64,000 nt of DNA. It comes from an uncultured bacterium (lineage in GTDB: Bacteria > Zixibacteria > MSB-5A5 > GN15 > FEB-12). This document shows positions 47,881 through 57,821 of the stretch, piece by piece. Both the position numbers and the translations under genes were made by a program. The notes under the pieces were generated by a model that was not told where the DNA came from, did no database searches, and saw only the letters and a program-made list of their open reading frames with translations. Location: NCBI GenBank assembly GCA_965372795.1, contig CBDVDR010000008.1, positions 73,622 through 137,621 of the forward strand, read 5' to 3'. Position 1 is the first letter of the stretch. Each line of letters begins with the position of its first letter.

Positions 47881-49053
47881 ATGAATATTGATAAAATTCA
47901 GGAATATCTGAAAGAAAATAAACTTGATGGTTGGCTGATGTCTGATTTTCATGGTCGCAATGAAATTGCCATGAGAATTCTTAATATCAAAGGGATGCTT
48001 ACCCGCAGATTTTTCTACTTTATCCCCGCAGATGGCAAACCAATCGCATTAATTCATAAAGTTGAAAAAAATATCTTCAAAAATCTGGGTGGGGATCATT
48101 TATATTTTTCAAGTTACACCCAGCTTGAATCTAATCTTAAAGAGATTCTCGACGGTCATTTCTTAATCGCTATGGAATATTCACCTAATGGCAGGTTACC
48201 GTATATCGGTCTGGTTGATGCCGGTACGATTGAGCTTATCAGGAGTTATGGAGTAGAGATTGTCACGTCGGCAGATATGGTCGCTCATTTTCTTGCCAAA
48301 CTAAATGACCAACAGGTTGAATCACATCAAAAAGCAGCTATTTTAGTAAATCAAATTAAAGATAATGCATTTGCATTTATTAAAGAATCACTCGATTCAA
48401 ATAAAAAAGTTACAGAATACGATGTTACTCAATTTATCCGCGGGCAATTCAAAAATAATAATATGGTAACTGATCACTCGCCTATCTGTGGAGTCGATGC
48501 GAATGCGGGAAATCCTCATTATGAGCCGACGGCCGAGGTTGCGGCTGAAATTAAAAAGGGACAACTTATTTTGATCGATTTATGGGCGAAACTGAATCAG
48601 GATGATGCGGTTTTTGCAGATATAACCTGGATGGGCTTTGCCGGCTCAAAACAGGAGATTCCTGAAAAATATTCAAAGATATTTTCAGTTCTGGCTCAGG
48701 CTCGTGATAAAGCGGTTGAAACCCTCAAGGAAAAAATAGGGCGACAGGAAGTCTATGGAAGTGAAATCGATGATGCCTGTCGGAATGTGATCGAGGATGC
48801 CGGTTTTGGTGACTATTTTGTACATCGCACCGGACATTCAATTACAACCGATGTCCATGGAACCGGTCCGAATATTGATAATCTTGAAACTGAAGATAGC
48901 CGAAAATTACAAATTGGTCATCTGTTCTCAATTGAACCGGGAATTTATCTTGATGATTGCGGATTCCGTACTGAAATAGATGTCTATATTACCGCAAATG
49001 GTCCTGAAATTGCCACCCTTCCATTACAAACAGAAATATTAGCTCTCTATTAA
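47881..49053 (+). CDS. M24 family metallopeptidase (Xaa-Pro aminopeptidase-like)
   Basis: NPHY, LIDLW, ADIT, F.HRTGHSI...HG, FSIEPGIY, G.RTE. Confidence 0.9.
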   Translation: MNIDKIQEYLKENKLDGWLMSDFHGRNEIAMRILNIKGMLTRRFFYFIPADGKPIALIHKVEKNIFKNLGGDHLYFSSYTQLESNLKEILDGHFLIAMEYSPNGRLPYIGLVDAGTIELIRSYGVEIVTSADMVAHFLAKLNDQQVESHQKAAILVNQIKDNAFAFIKESLDSNKKVTEYDVTQFIRGQFKNNNMVTDHSPICGVDANAGNPHYEPTAEVAAEIKKGQLILIDLWAKLNQDDAVFADITWMGFAGSKQEIPEKYSKIFSVLAQARDKAVETLKEKIGRQEVYGSEIDDACRNVIEDAGFGDYFVHRTGHSITTDVHGTGPNIDNLETEDSRKLQIGHLFSIEPGIYLDDCGFRTEIDVYITANGPEIATLPLQTEILALY

Positions 49054-49054
49054 T

Positions 49055-49663
49055 ATGTTTGTAAAAGACAATCTTATCAAAGAAATGGTCGAACAATATG
49101 GGAAGCCATTAAAGAAAAGTTTTGAATTTGAAGTCAGCCTTGAAGAACTCCAACGAATCAAATCATCTCAAAAAAAGGGACGCAATCATGATGTGACTCT
49201 TTATATCTTAAAAGAAAATAAGATTGTCGTGATTGCAAAACCGTTTTACCCCCCTAATATGTATCGGGCGCCATCAGGCGGCTTGAATCCAGATGAGGAT
49301 TTTTATCAAGGGGGATATCGGGAGGCGATGGAAGAAACCGGATGTGAGATAAAGTTTGAAAAATTTCTACTTCAAACCGATGTTAAGTTTGTTTGTGAAG
49401 AGGCAAAAAATATAAAGGATGATGACAATAAAAATCTGACATTTGATAAGAGTCATGAAGTAACCTGGCGGTCCTTTGTTTTTCAGGCTCGATATATTGA
49501 TGGTGATTTTAATTTTACCGACACCAGAGAAATTAGCGAAGTCCGTATGGCATCGCTTGAAGAATTTGAAAGCTATTCAAAGATAATGCGTTCAATGAAT
49601 ATTGGAGGGCTTCATTATCGAGCAGCTTTACATGACAGTGTGAAAAATTTATTAAAGTTTTAA
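49055..49663 (+). CDS. NUDIX hydrolase
   Basis: Nudix box GGLNPDEDFYQGGYREAMEETG. Confidence 0.85.
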   Translation: MFVKDNLIKEMVEQYGKPLKKSFEFEVSLEELQRIKSSQKKGRNHDVTLYILKENKIVVIAKPFYPPNMYRAPSGGLNPDEDFYQGGYREAMEETGCEIKFEKFLLQTDVKFVCEEAKNIKDDDNKNLTFDKSHEVTWRSFVFQARYIDGDFNFTDTREISEVRMASLEEFESYSKIMRSMNIGGLHYRAALHDSVKNLLKF

Positions 49664-50299
49664 AACAATTTGAATCAAGCTGTGTTGATGTTCAGGGCTG
49701 TTTCCGTGACGATGCAATGCACCCATTCCGGACCAATTATAAATTAATTCTTTATAATCAAATAATTGTAGAATTTCATCGGGCTCAAAAAAAGTTCTAA
49801 AATTCCCATTATTATCTGAATAGCAGTTCCGGTCGATTTTATTCCAGTTTTTTGAAATTTTTAAAAACGATGGATCTCCGGTTGCAAAAGCAGTTATAAA
49901 TAGAAGGGTTCCTTCAGTACTCCAGTTACCAATTTTGCAAATAAGCTTTGAAATTTGTTCTCTGGAAAGAATTTGTAATAATCCAAATATGAGGATTGCC
50001 CCAAAAGGCTTTTTGATTGGCTCAAAATCCTGAAAATCACAATTGTATGCATTGATATTATCAAATAATTCTGAATTGATTGAGATTTGCTCTATTGCTT
50101 TGGATGATGGGTCAATGGAGTTGAGCTCAAACCCCTTTTTTGCAAGAAAATAGCTGTTTCTGCCCTGTCCGGCACCTATATCCAACACAATCGGATAAAC
50201 ACGACTAATCATGTCATGATATTTAATTAGTATTGATTCAGGCTCATTTCCAAAGAGTTCCGAACTTTCAGAATAGGCATTGTCATAATTTACCGGCAT
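49652..50299 (-). CDS. Class I SAM-dependent methyltransferase (TehB-like)
   Basis: LFG.EP, VLDIGAGQGRNS..LA, H.HG...EH.H tail; real start ATG 50299 or 50305. Confidence 0.82.
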   Translation of the reverse strand: MPVNYDNAYSESSELFGNEPESILIKYHDMISRVYPIVLDIGAGQGRNSYFLAKKGFELNSIDPSSKAIEQISINSELFDNINAYNCDFQDFEPIKKPFGAILIFGLLQILSREQISKLICKIGNWSTEGTLLFITAFATGDPSFLKISKNWNKIDRNCYSDNNGNFRTFFEPDEILQLFDYKELIYNWSGMGALHRHGNSPEHQHSLIQIVLKL

Positions 50300-50366
50300 A
50301 ATCATAAAAATAATGAATAAACCTAAAAAAGAGAAGTATTTATAACGATTCTTGGTATTAAACTCC

Positions 50367-50394
50367 TTGACGAAAATTTTATATTTGTTATATT
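50367..50394 (+). promoter_or_regulatory. Promoter of the rpmH operon
   Basis: TTGACG N16 TATATT with extended TG. Confidence 0.55.
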
Positions 50395-50422
50395 CGAAGG
50401 CTAAAATATTTAGGAATGGATT

Positions 50423-50575
50423 ATGAAAAGAACATATCAACCTTCGAGAAGAAAAAGACTGAACGACCACGGTTTTAGAAAACGTATGTCGGACAAAAAC
50501 GGTCGGCTAGTCCTTGCCAGGCGTCGCGCTAAAGGCAGAAAGAGACTAACTCCTACCGTTGCAAAAAGAAAATAA
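50423..50575 (+). CDS. rpmH: 50S ribosomal protein L34 (below the ORF-track length cutoff)
   Basis: Manual translation [50 protein letters not shown]. Confidence 0.97.
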   Translation: MKRTYQPSRRKRLNDHGFRKRMSDKNGRLVLARRRAKGRKRLTPTVAKRK

Positions 50576-50906
50576 ACTTCCCAGAACTTTAAGCCTGAAA
50601 AGCAAGAATGAGATCAGTCAACTTTTTGACTCAGGCAATAAAATTCATGGGAGTTTGTTTACTTTGATTTGGGAAGTGAGCGATAATTTTAAGTACGGGA
50701 TATTTGTCTCGAAAAAAACCGGCAGCGCTGTTGAAAGAAATAAAATTAAGCGGTTTTTTCGGGAAGCTGTCCGGCTTAATAAAAATAAACTTGAAAAAGT
50801 TTATAAATTAGGATTTCTTCCCAGAAAAACAATGAAACCCGAGTTTGACCAGATAAATGCCGAAGTCAATCGAATATTCTCAGCGCTTAACGATGCAGGA
50901 AAGTAA
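50559..50906 (+). CDS. rnpA: Ribonuclease P protein component
   Basis: [22 protein letters not shown] motif; follows rpmH. Confidence 0.93.
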   Translation: MQKENKLPRTLSLKSKNEISQLFDSGNKIHGSLFTLIWEVSDNFKYGIFVSKKTGSAVERNKIKRFFREAVRLNKNKLEKVYKLGFLPRKTMKPEFDQINAEVNRIFSALNDAGK

Positions 50907-51126
50907 AACCTCCTTATTTGCTTACCCATTAATATTTATTATTTACATGTACCGATATTCTTTATCTTCAATTATCGGTAATCAATGTCGCTTTATGCCG
51001 ACTTGTTCGCATTATGCTGAGGATGCTTTAAAAAAATATGGAGCTGTAAAAGGGTCTGTTATGGCTGTTAAACGAATATTCCGATGTCACCCCTGGCATG
51101 CAGGAGGATATGATCCGGTCGAATAG
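50893..51126 (+). CDS. yidD: Membrane protein insertion efficiency factor
   Basis: CRF.PTCS.YA..A..KYG..KG...RI.RCHPW..GGYDPV. Confidence 0.95.
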   Translation: MQESKTSLFAYPLIFIIYMYRYSLSSIIGNQCRFMPTCSHYAEDALKKYGAVKGSVMAVKRIFRCHPWHAGGYDPVE

Positions 51127-51205
51127 CAGGCGAATTCTGAATTAATATGTTCGTAAGTTGCAGATACACAATAGTATAACATTAGGATGTTAAGAGGAAA
51201 TAAAA

Positions 51206-52918
51206 TTGGATAAAAAGAACATAATATTGATCGTAGCGTTAGTTGTAGTAGCAATATTTTACTTCCAGATAATGGAATTTCTGGGTTATTACACTCCCCC
51301 AACTTCGCAACCTGTAGTTACTGATACAGTTACGGTATCACAAACGACTCCTGAAACTCAGCCGATGCCTGTTGAAATATCAGCAGAATCAATGGATGTA
51401 ACCAGACAAGTAATAGCAGCCCAACCGGTTACAGATTCGTTAGTCAGTGACACTATTATTGTTAAGACGCAAATGTATGAGATTATGTTAACTTCATTCG
51501 GAGGTGGACCGGTCTCAATCAAATTGAACAATTATGACTATCGTAATGATGTCAAAATTGAAATGTTACCTGAATCAACCTCCCCTACTCCTGAAGCGAT
51601 ATTTGCCGGCGGTACTTTTTCCACTTCTAATATTCCTTACACATCAAATCTTCAAGCAGGTACTTATGAAGTAACCTCTCAACCACTTGAAATTGTCTAC
51701 ACTTATGCTTTAAGTGTTGGTGGTGAGATTATAAAAAAATATACCTTCAATCCTGATAAATATAATTTTGATCTGGTTCTTGAAGTAAATCAGCGCGAAA
51801 GATTTGGATTTGAACGCAAATATAATATGATGTGGAACTCCCCGATTGGAGTCACCGAGCCACAGTCTGATATTGATTATCAGGCGATGGAAGCAGTCGC
51901 TATGATGATGGGTGAGCGTGAAACGCTTGATGATTATGATGACAATGATAAACTAAATCAGACTCTTGCCGGTTCAACTTCGTGGGCAGGAGTTCGTTCT
52001 AAATATTTTGCGGCTGTAATAATTCCGCGCAACAGAGTTGCCGAAGGTGCTATTGCTAAAGGTTTCAAGTCAGAGAAACTTGAACCGGATGGATCTTCAG
52101 TAGAAGCCCGTTCGATAACCGCCGGTTTAGAAATGCCATTTGCAAATGTCAGTGTTATTTCAGACAGTTTTACAGTTTTTGTTGGTCCTCTTGATTACAC
52201 AGCGATGTCCGGTTACGATGTCGGACTTGAGGATATTCTTGGAATTGGAACAACGCCATTTGTCGGATGGATAATCAAACCATTTGCAATCGGATTAATT
52301 TGGATTCTTCCCAGGATCTATGATTTTGTTCCCAACTATGGTATCGTAATTATTCTTATAGCTTTCTTAGTAAAAGTTATAACTTTGCCTTTGTCTATGA
52401 AAGCCTTCAAGTCGATGCAGGCAATGAAAGAACTTCAACCAAAAATTGATGAGCTTAAAAAGAAGCATAAGAAAAATCCTCAGTCGTTAAATAAGGAGAT
52501 GATGAAACTCTATAAGACGCATGGGGTAAGTCCGCTGTCGGGCTGTTTACCGATGCTTCCCCAGATGCCTCTTCTCTTTGCCATGTTTGCAGTTATTCGC
52601 CAGACGATTCTACTTCGTGACGCACCCTTTTTCTGGTTTATTGATGATTTGTCAAGGGGCGCATCCGGCATAATGGATCCTTATATTATTCTGGTCATCT
52701 TTATGATTGGGGCACAGTTTATCTCACAAAAATTAACGATGGCAACCAATCAACAGAATAAAGCGATGATTTATATGATGCCGTTGATGATGGGCTTTTT
52801 CTTCTATTCCTTCGCTTCCGGACTGGTTCTATACTGGGCCTGCTTCTCAATCTTCTCTTTGATAGATTATTTCTTATTCAAACGTAATAAAAAAAATGCG
52901 CATGTTAAGGTGGCATAA
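51206..52918 (+). CDS. yidC: Membrane protein insertase YidC (long periplasmic form)
   Basis: KYF, NYG..II, SM..MKELQPKI, GCLPML.QMP, F.W..DLS, SGL.LYW. Confidence 0.95.
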   Translation: MDKKNIILIVALVVVAIFYFQIMEFLGYYTPPTSQPVVTDTVTVSQTTPETQPMPVEISAESMDVTRQVIAAQPVTDSLVSDTIIVKTQMYEIMLTSFGGGPVSIKLNNYDYRNDVKIEMLPESTSPTPEAIFAGGTFSTSNIPYTSNLQAGTYEVTSQPLEIVYTYALSVGGEIIKKYTFNPDKYNFDLVLEVNQRERFGFERKYNMMWNSPIGVTEPQSDIDYQAMEAVAMMMGERETLDDYDDNDKLNQTLAGSTSWAGVRSKYFAAVIIPRNRVAEGAIAKGFKSEKLEPDGSSVEARSITAGLEMPFANVSVISDSFTVFVGPLDYTAMSGYDVGLEDILGIGTTPFVGWIIKPFAIGLIWILPRIYDFVPNYGIVIILIAFLVKVITLPLSMKAFKSMQAMKELQPKIDELKKKHKKNPQSLNKEMMKLYKTHGVSPLSGCLPMLPQMPLLFAMFAVIRQTILLRDAPFFWFIDDLSRGASGIMDPYIILVIFMIGAQFISQKLTMATNQQNKAMIYMMPLMMGFFFYSFASGLVLYWACFSIFSLIDYFLFKRNKKNAHVKVA

Positions 52919-52922
52919 AAAG

Positions 52923-54322
52923 TTGACACCTAAAAAAAAAAGTTAACTACTCTTAGCGGCAATGAAACCATTGCCGCTATCATAACTCCCCCCGGAGAAG
53001 GCGGTATTGCCGCTATCCGTCTTGCTGGCAAACAAAGTTTATCAATTTTAGAAAATCATTTTTCTTTTAATAATAAGAATGAAAAATCATTCAAGCCGTT
53101 TTTGATGAGATTCGGACTTTTTAATAATAATAATAATGAGATCATAGATGAAATTACGGCAGTCTTTATGCCGGAAGGTAAATCATACACCGGACTGGAA
53201 CAGGTTGAAATCTTTTGTCATGGCGGACAACAGGTTGTTACAAAGATTTTAAATGAATTACTTTCATCCGGAGCCAGGGCAGCCGAACCGGGAGAGTTTA
53301 CCCAACTTGCATTTCTATCCGGAAAAATTGATCTTCTGAAAGCTGAGGCTGTTGCTGAGATAATTGCCGCCAATACCGAACATTCATTTGAGACAGCCCG
53401 GGAACATCTTTTGGGAAGTTATTCAAATGAAATTGAGAAAATACGAGATTCTATCATTTCTATAATAGCAGAAGTCGAAGCCTCGATTGATTACCCTGAG
53501 GAAGAGATCGACCCATCCGACAGGCGAGGCCTGTTAGACACAATTTCGAAGTTAGTGGATGATATAGAAGCCCTTGAAGAAACATATCAGGGTGGGAAAA
53601 TTATTAATGAGGGGTATAAAATCGCCATTGCGGGACGCCCTAATGCAGGTAAGTCATCTTTGTTCAACCAGTTACTTAAAAAAGAACGGGCTTTGGTAAC
53701 TTCTACTGCCGGAACGACCAGGGATTACCTTTCGGAATGGATCGATCTCGAAGGTTTTGCAGTCAATATTATTGATACTGCCGGAATTCGTAAGGGTGGC
53801 GGTAAAATTGAAAAGGCTGGTCAAAAATCGGCTAAGAAAATAATTGATTCTTCAAATATGGTACTGTGGATTTACGATTTGTCCCGGAAAAGTTGGAAAA
53901 ATGAACTTGAAACTGACATGAAAACGATGCAACACAGTAATATAACATTTATAGGCAACAAGAATGATCTGGTCGAAGCTAATGATGTTAAAGAATATAA
54001 CAATTATGAATCAATAGCTGTCTCTTGTGTAACCGGATCCGGAATTAAAAAATTAAAAAAAGAGATTATAAAGAATATAGAGAATAAAATGCCTGATTTC
54101 ACATCCGGTTTGATTGTAACCTCTGCCAGGCATCAACAAAAATTGAAAATAGCAAACGGTTGTTTACAAAATGCAAAGGAATTGATCACAATATCAGAAT
54201 CCCCGGAGATTACAGCAGTTGAGCTACGTTCAGCAGCATCGGCGATTGATGAGATAACCGGCAAGGTATATACAGAGGAGATATTAGGTAAAATATTCTC
54301 GAAATTCTGTGTCGGCAAATAG
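52923..54322 (+). CDS. mnmE: tRNA U34 modification GTPase MnmE, with apparent -1 frameshift in A10 at 52932-52941
   Basis: ETIAAIITPPGEGGIAAIRLAG (52964 onward, in frame with the 53102 ORF), SYTG...EI.CHGG, GEFT..AFL.GK.DL, GRPNAGKSSL, GTTRD, DTAG, IFSKFCVGK. No canonical start in frame upstream of the conserved N-terminus. Confidence 0.93.
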
Positions 54323-54430
54323 CCGATTGGCGAAGCCCGTTTATTATAATATGAAATTGAGTTTAAAGATTAAACTAAAGTTATCAACATAATGGTTGTA
54401 CCAGACATTTTAAATATTACAGGCGAAGCC

Positions 54431-54446
54431 TGTTTCACGTGAAACA
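54431..54446. other. parS centromere-like site
   Basis: Perfect consensus palindrome TGTTTCACGTGAAACA between mnmE and mnmG. Confidence 0.93.
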
Positions 54447-54493
54447 GCGAAAATATGGAAACAAATTGTAATAGGAATAAGTTATAATACGAT

Positions 54494-56350
54494 ATGGATT
54501 ATGATGTAATTATAGTCGGTGGCGGTCATGCCGGAGTAGAGGCAGCTTATGCCGTTGCCCGTATGGGGAAAAAAGTAGCAATTGTTACTATGGATTCCTC
54601 AAAGCTGGCAATGATGTCATGTAATCCGGCAATAGGCGGTGCAGGTAAATCTCATGTCGTAAAAGAGATTGATGCTCTGGGCGGGTTAATGGGAGAAGCG
54701 ACTGACGCTACCGGAATTCAGTTCAGAAGGCTCAATTTATCACGGGGACCGGCAGTCTGGTCAACTCGAGTTCAGTCAGATAGAGTTGCGTATAATGATT
54801 ATATTGTACAATTTATTAAAGAACAGCCTAACATTGAAGTCGTACAAGCCATAGCCGGAGAAATACTTACCGAGAATAACATTGTTACCGGAATTAAAAC
54901 CGAACAAGGTGAGGTTATTAGTGCGAAGGCTGTAATTATATGCTCGGGTACATTTTTGGGGGGACTAATTCATATTGGTGAAAAACAGATTAAGGCGGGC
55001 AGACTTGGTGAAAACTCTGCTTATAAATTGTCTGAATCGATCAGAGGATTTGGCTTTGAAATAGGACGTCTTAAAACAGGGACTCCTCCCCGTCTTGACG
55101 GATCAACGATTGATTGGGAAAAGTGTGAAATACAACCCGGGGAAGAGCCGATTCCGTTTTTCTCAAACAGATCAATAAGAGCTCCTTTTGAGCAAAGCCC
55201 CTGTTATCTGACATATACCAGTGATAAAACTAAAGAAATAATATCAGCAAATTACAAATTATCAGCGATGTTTTCTGGGCAGATAAACTCAACCGGACCA
55301 AGGTATTGCCCTTCTATTGAAGACAAATATTTTAGATTTCCCGATAAAGAAAGACACCAGCTGTTTTTGGAGCCAGAAGGAAACGGTACTAACGAAATAT
55401 ATCCAAACGGGTTTTCCACATCCTTGCCGGAATCTGTTCAAATTGAGGCGATCCGAACAGTAATTGGATTAGAAGAAGTTATTATGACTAAACCCGGTTA
55501 TGCTGTGGAATATGACTATTGCCCCTCATATCAGATAAAACCTTCACTTGAAACTAAACTTGTTGGTGGGTTGTTCTTTGCCGGACAAATTAATGGAACT
55601 TCCGGTTATGAGGAAGCTGCCGGTCAGGGACTAATGGCAGGGATTAATGCGGTATTAGGGATTGAAAATGAAAAGCCGTTTATACTGGATAGATCAGAGG
55701 CTTATATTGGAGTAATGATTGATGATCTGACAACCCGTTCTACGACAGAGCCTTATCGACTATTCACTTCTCGTGCTGAATATCGGTTAACGATTCGTGA
55801 GGATAATGCGCGAGATAGGCTTATTGAATATGGAATGAAATATAATTTGATAGCCAAAGAGGAATATAATACCTTTGTACAATTAGATAAGGATACTCAA
55901 ACAGCAATTAAACGATTTAAGAAAATACGATTAAATGTCTCTGAATTAGGCGAACTGGGTTCACGATTTCAAAAGATAGAGAATATCAGCCTAGAGAATC
56001 TTCTCAAACAACCCGGACTCTCTATTAATGAGGCTCTCCCCTGGATCAGGAAATACGATCTGGAGACTAATGATTCAGAAGAAGTATTTAAACGAGCTAC
56101 AATATTTGTTAAATACAGCGGATATATTGAAAAGCAACTTAGAGAGATCGAAAAATTCAAAAAAAACGAGAAAGAAAGTATTCCTTCTGAATTCGACTAT
56201 TCAAATCTAAAAGGGCTAAAAGCCGAGGCAAAAGAGAAATTCACCCGCTATAAGCCCGGATCGTTGGGACAGGCCGGTCGGATTGAAGGAGTAACTCCGG
56301 GAGATATTGCTGTATTATCAGTTCACTTATTAAGACATAAGGCTCATTAA
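54494..56350 (+). CDS. mnmG: tRNA uridine 5-carboxymethylaminomethyl modification enzyme MnmG (GidA)
   Basis: VGGGHAG.EAA, MSCNPAIGG, RLKTGTPPRL, GPRYCPSIEDK, AGQINGTSGYEEAAGQG, SRAEYRL. Confidence 0.98.
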   Translation: MDYDVIIVGGGHAGVEAAYAVARMGKKVAIVTMDSSKLAMMSCNPAIGGAGKSHVVKEIDALGGLMGEATDATGIQFRRLNLSRGPAVWSTRVQSDRVAYNDYIVQFIKEQPNIEVVQAIAGEILTENNIVTGIKTEQGEVISAKAVIICSGTFLGGLIHIGEKQIKAGRLGENSAYKLSESIRGFGFEIGRLKTGTPPRLDGSTIDWEKCEIQPGEEPIPFFSNRSIRAPFEQSPCYLTYTSDKTKEIISANYKLSAMFSGQINSTGPRYCPSIEDKYFRFPDKERHQLFLEPEGNGTNEIYPNGFSTSLPESVQIEAIRTVIGLEEVIMTKPGYAVEYDYCPSYQIKPSLETKLVGGLFFAGQINGTSGYEEAAGQGLMAGINAVLGIENEKPFILDRSEAYIGVMIDDLTTRSTTEPYRLFTSRAEYRLTIREDNARDRLIEYGMKYNLIAKEEYNTFVQLDKDTQTAIKRFKKIRLNVSELGELGSRFQKIENISLENLLKQPGLSINEALPWIRKYDLETNDSEEVFKRATIFVKYSGYIEKQLREIEKFKKNEKESIPSEFDYSNLKGLKAEAKEKFTRYKPGSLGQAGRIEGVTPGDIAVLSVHLLRHKAH

Positions 56351-56964
56351 TGGTAACAGATGGCGGAAAACTTGATATTACTCTTCCTTATCTTATTGAT
56401 AAGTATAATCTTAATGAATCGATGGTGCATTACCAAAGCTTATTGGCTGAAGAAAACAAAAAGATCAACCTTGTTTCACGTGAAACAATTGATAAGGGCA
56501 TGATCGAACTTGTTGCTGATTCTCTTATCCCCTTTGAAAAAGTTGATGGACTGACTTGTAAGAGATACTTGGATATTGGTACTGGGGGAGGACTCCCACT
56601 GGTTCCAATTATTATCTCATTTCCCGTACAGGAGATAACATTTATCGAAAGGCGCCAGAAAAAGGCTGCGGCTGTTAGTCGAATCCTTGTTGGGTTGTCT
56701 AAGCAAGCGGAAAAATTTGCAGAGACGTTTGAAAATTATAAGACAGATAAAAAATATGATTTAATTACTCTGCGTCTTGTTAAGTTGACGCCCAAAATAC
56801 TTAAAATGATCGTTAAACTCCTCTCCCCTGACGGCCATTTTATTTATTATTTCACGCCGGAATTTGATTCCAAAATAGATCATATATCCGGAGTAAGATA
56901 CTGTTATTCATTGAGTAGTAAAAATACTACAAAATCCTTCACAATCTTCAAAAAAGTTAAATAA
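56350..56964 (+). CDS. rsmG: 16S rRNA m7G527 methyltransferase RsmG (GidB), divergent
   Basis: N.KINLVS, DSL, LDIGTGGGLP, IERRQKK; between mnmG and parA. Confidence 0.85.
   Translation: MVTDGGKLDITLPYLIDKYNLNESMVHYQSLLAEENKKINLVSRETIDKGMIELVADSLIPFEKVDGLTCKRYLDIGTGGGLPLVPIIISFPVQEITFIERRQKKAAAVSRILVGLSKQAEKFAETFENYKTDKKYDLITLRLVKLTPKILKMIVKLLSPDGHFIYYFTPEFDSKIDHISGVRYCYSLSSKNTTKSFTIFKKVK
56472..56487. other. parS site inside rsmG
   Basis: TGTTTCACGTGAAACA, extending to an 18-bp palindrome at 56471-56488 and encoding VSRET. Confidence 0.9.
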
Positions 56965-57062
56965 GTTTAATTATTTAGTTGATTCGACCTGAAGCTCTTG
57001 TTAAATATAACTCAATAAAAGTTAGTTTTGTATTTTATAATTATCTGATTTGAGGTGAGAGT

Positions 57063-57821
57063 TTGGCAAGAATAATAGCAATCGCAAATCAAAAAGGCGG
57101 TGTTGGAAAAACTACAACCGCAGTTAACTTATCTTCCTGTTTAGCAGCCGCGGAATTCAGGACCTGTTTAATAGATATGGACCCGCAGGCAAATTCTACC
57201 AGCGGAGTCGGGATTGACAAGACAACCGTAGAAATATCGATCTATGATGCTCTGATTGGGTCTCGTAGTTTAAACGAAATTATACTTCCAACCCAAATGA
57301 AATATTTGAATTTAGTGCCTTCATCGATCTCTTTAGTCGGCGCTGAGGTTGAGTTGGTTAATTTGATGTCTCGGGAAATGCGACTTAAAAATTTAGTTAA
57401 GGAAATCAATGATGATTTTGATTACATCGTTATTGATTGCCCTCCCTCCCTTGGTTTGTTAACTATTAATACTTTGACTGCATCCCAGTCGATAATCATT
57501 CCGATTCAATGTGAGTATTATGCTCTTGAAGGATTATCACAGTTAGTTAATACAATCAATCTTGTAAAGGAAAATTTAAATCCCAAGCTTGAGATTGAAG
57601 GGGTGTTGTTAACTATGTATGATGGACGATTGAATTTATCCAAACAGGTTTCTGATGAAGTGCGTAAACATTTTCATAGTAAAGTTTATAACACTGTTAT
57701 CTCAAGGAATGTCAGATTGTCGGAAGCCCCTTCATTTGGGAAACCGATTATTTTGTATGATGTTCTATCTACCGGCGCGGAAAATTATATGTCGTTAACT
57801 AAAGAGGTGCTGGCATCATGA
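57063..57821 (+). CDS. parA: Chromosome partitioning ATPase ParA/Soj
   Basis: ANQKGGVGKTTT, D.DPQ.N, IDCPPSLG, QCEYYALEGL, RNVRLSEAPSFG. Confidence 0.96.
   Translation: MARIIAIANQKGGVGKTTTAVNLSSCLAAAEFRTCLIDMDPQANSTSGVGIDKTTVEISIYDALIGSRSLNEIILPTQMKYLNLVPSSISLVGAEVELVNLMSREMRLKNLVKEINDDFDYIVIDCPPSLGLLTINTLTASQSIIIPIQCEYYALEGLSQLVNTINLVKENLNPKLEIEGVLLTMYDGRLNLSKQVSDEVRKHFHSKVYNTVISRNVRLSEAPSFGKPIILYDVLSTGAENYMSLTKEVLAS

Noticed and set aside
50306..50470. N-terminal extension of the TehB-like ORF
   Set aside because: Overlaps rpmH and its promoter on the opposite strand.
53102..54322. ORF-track start of mnmE at 53102
   Set aside because: Would drop the conserved TIAAI.TP.G.GGI..IR..G N-terminal motif encoded in frame upstream.
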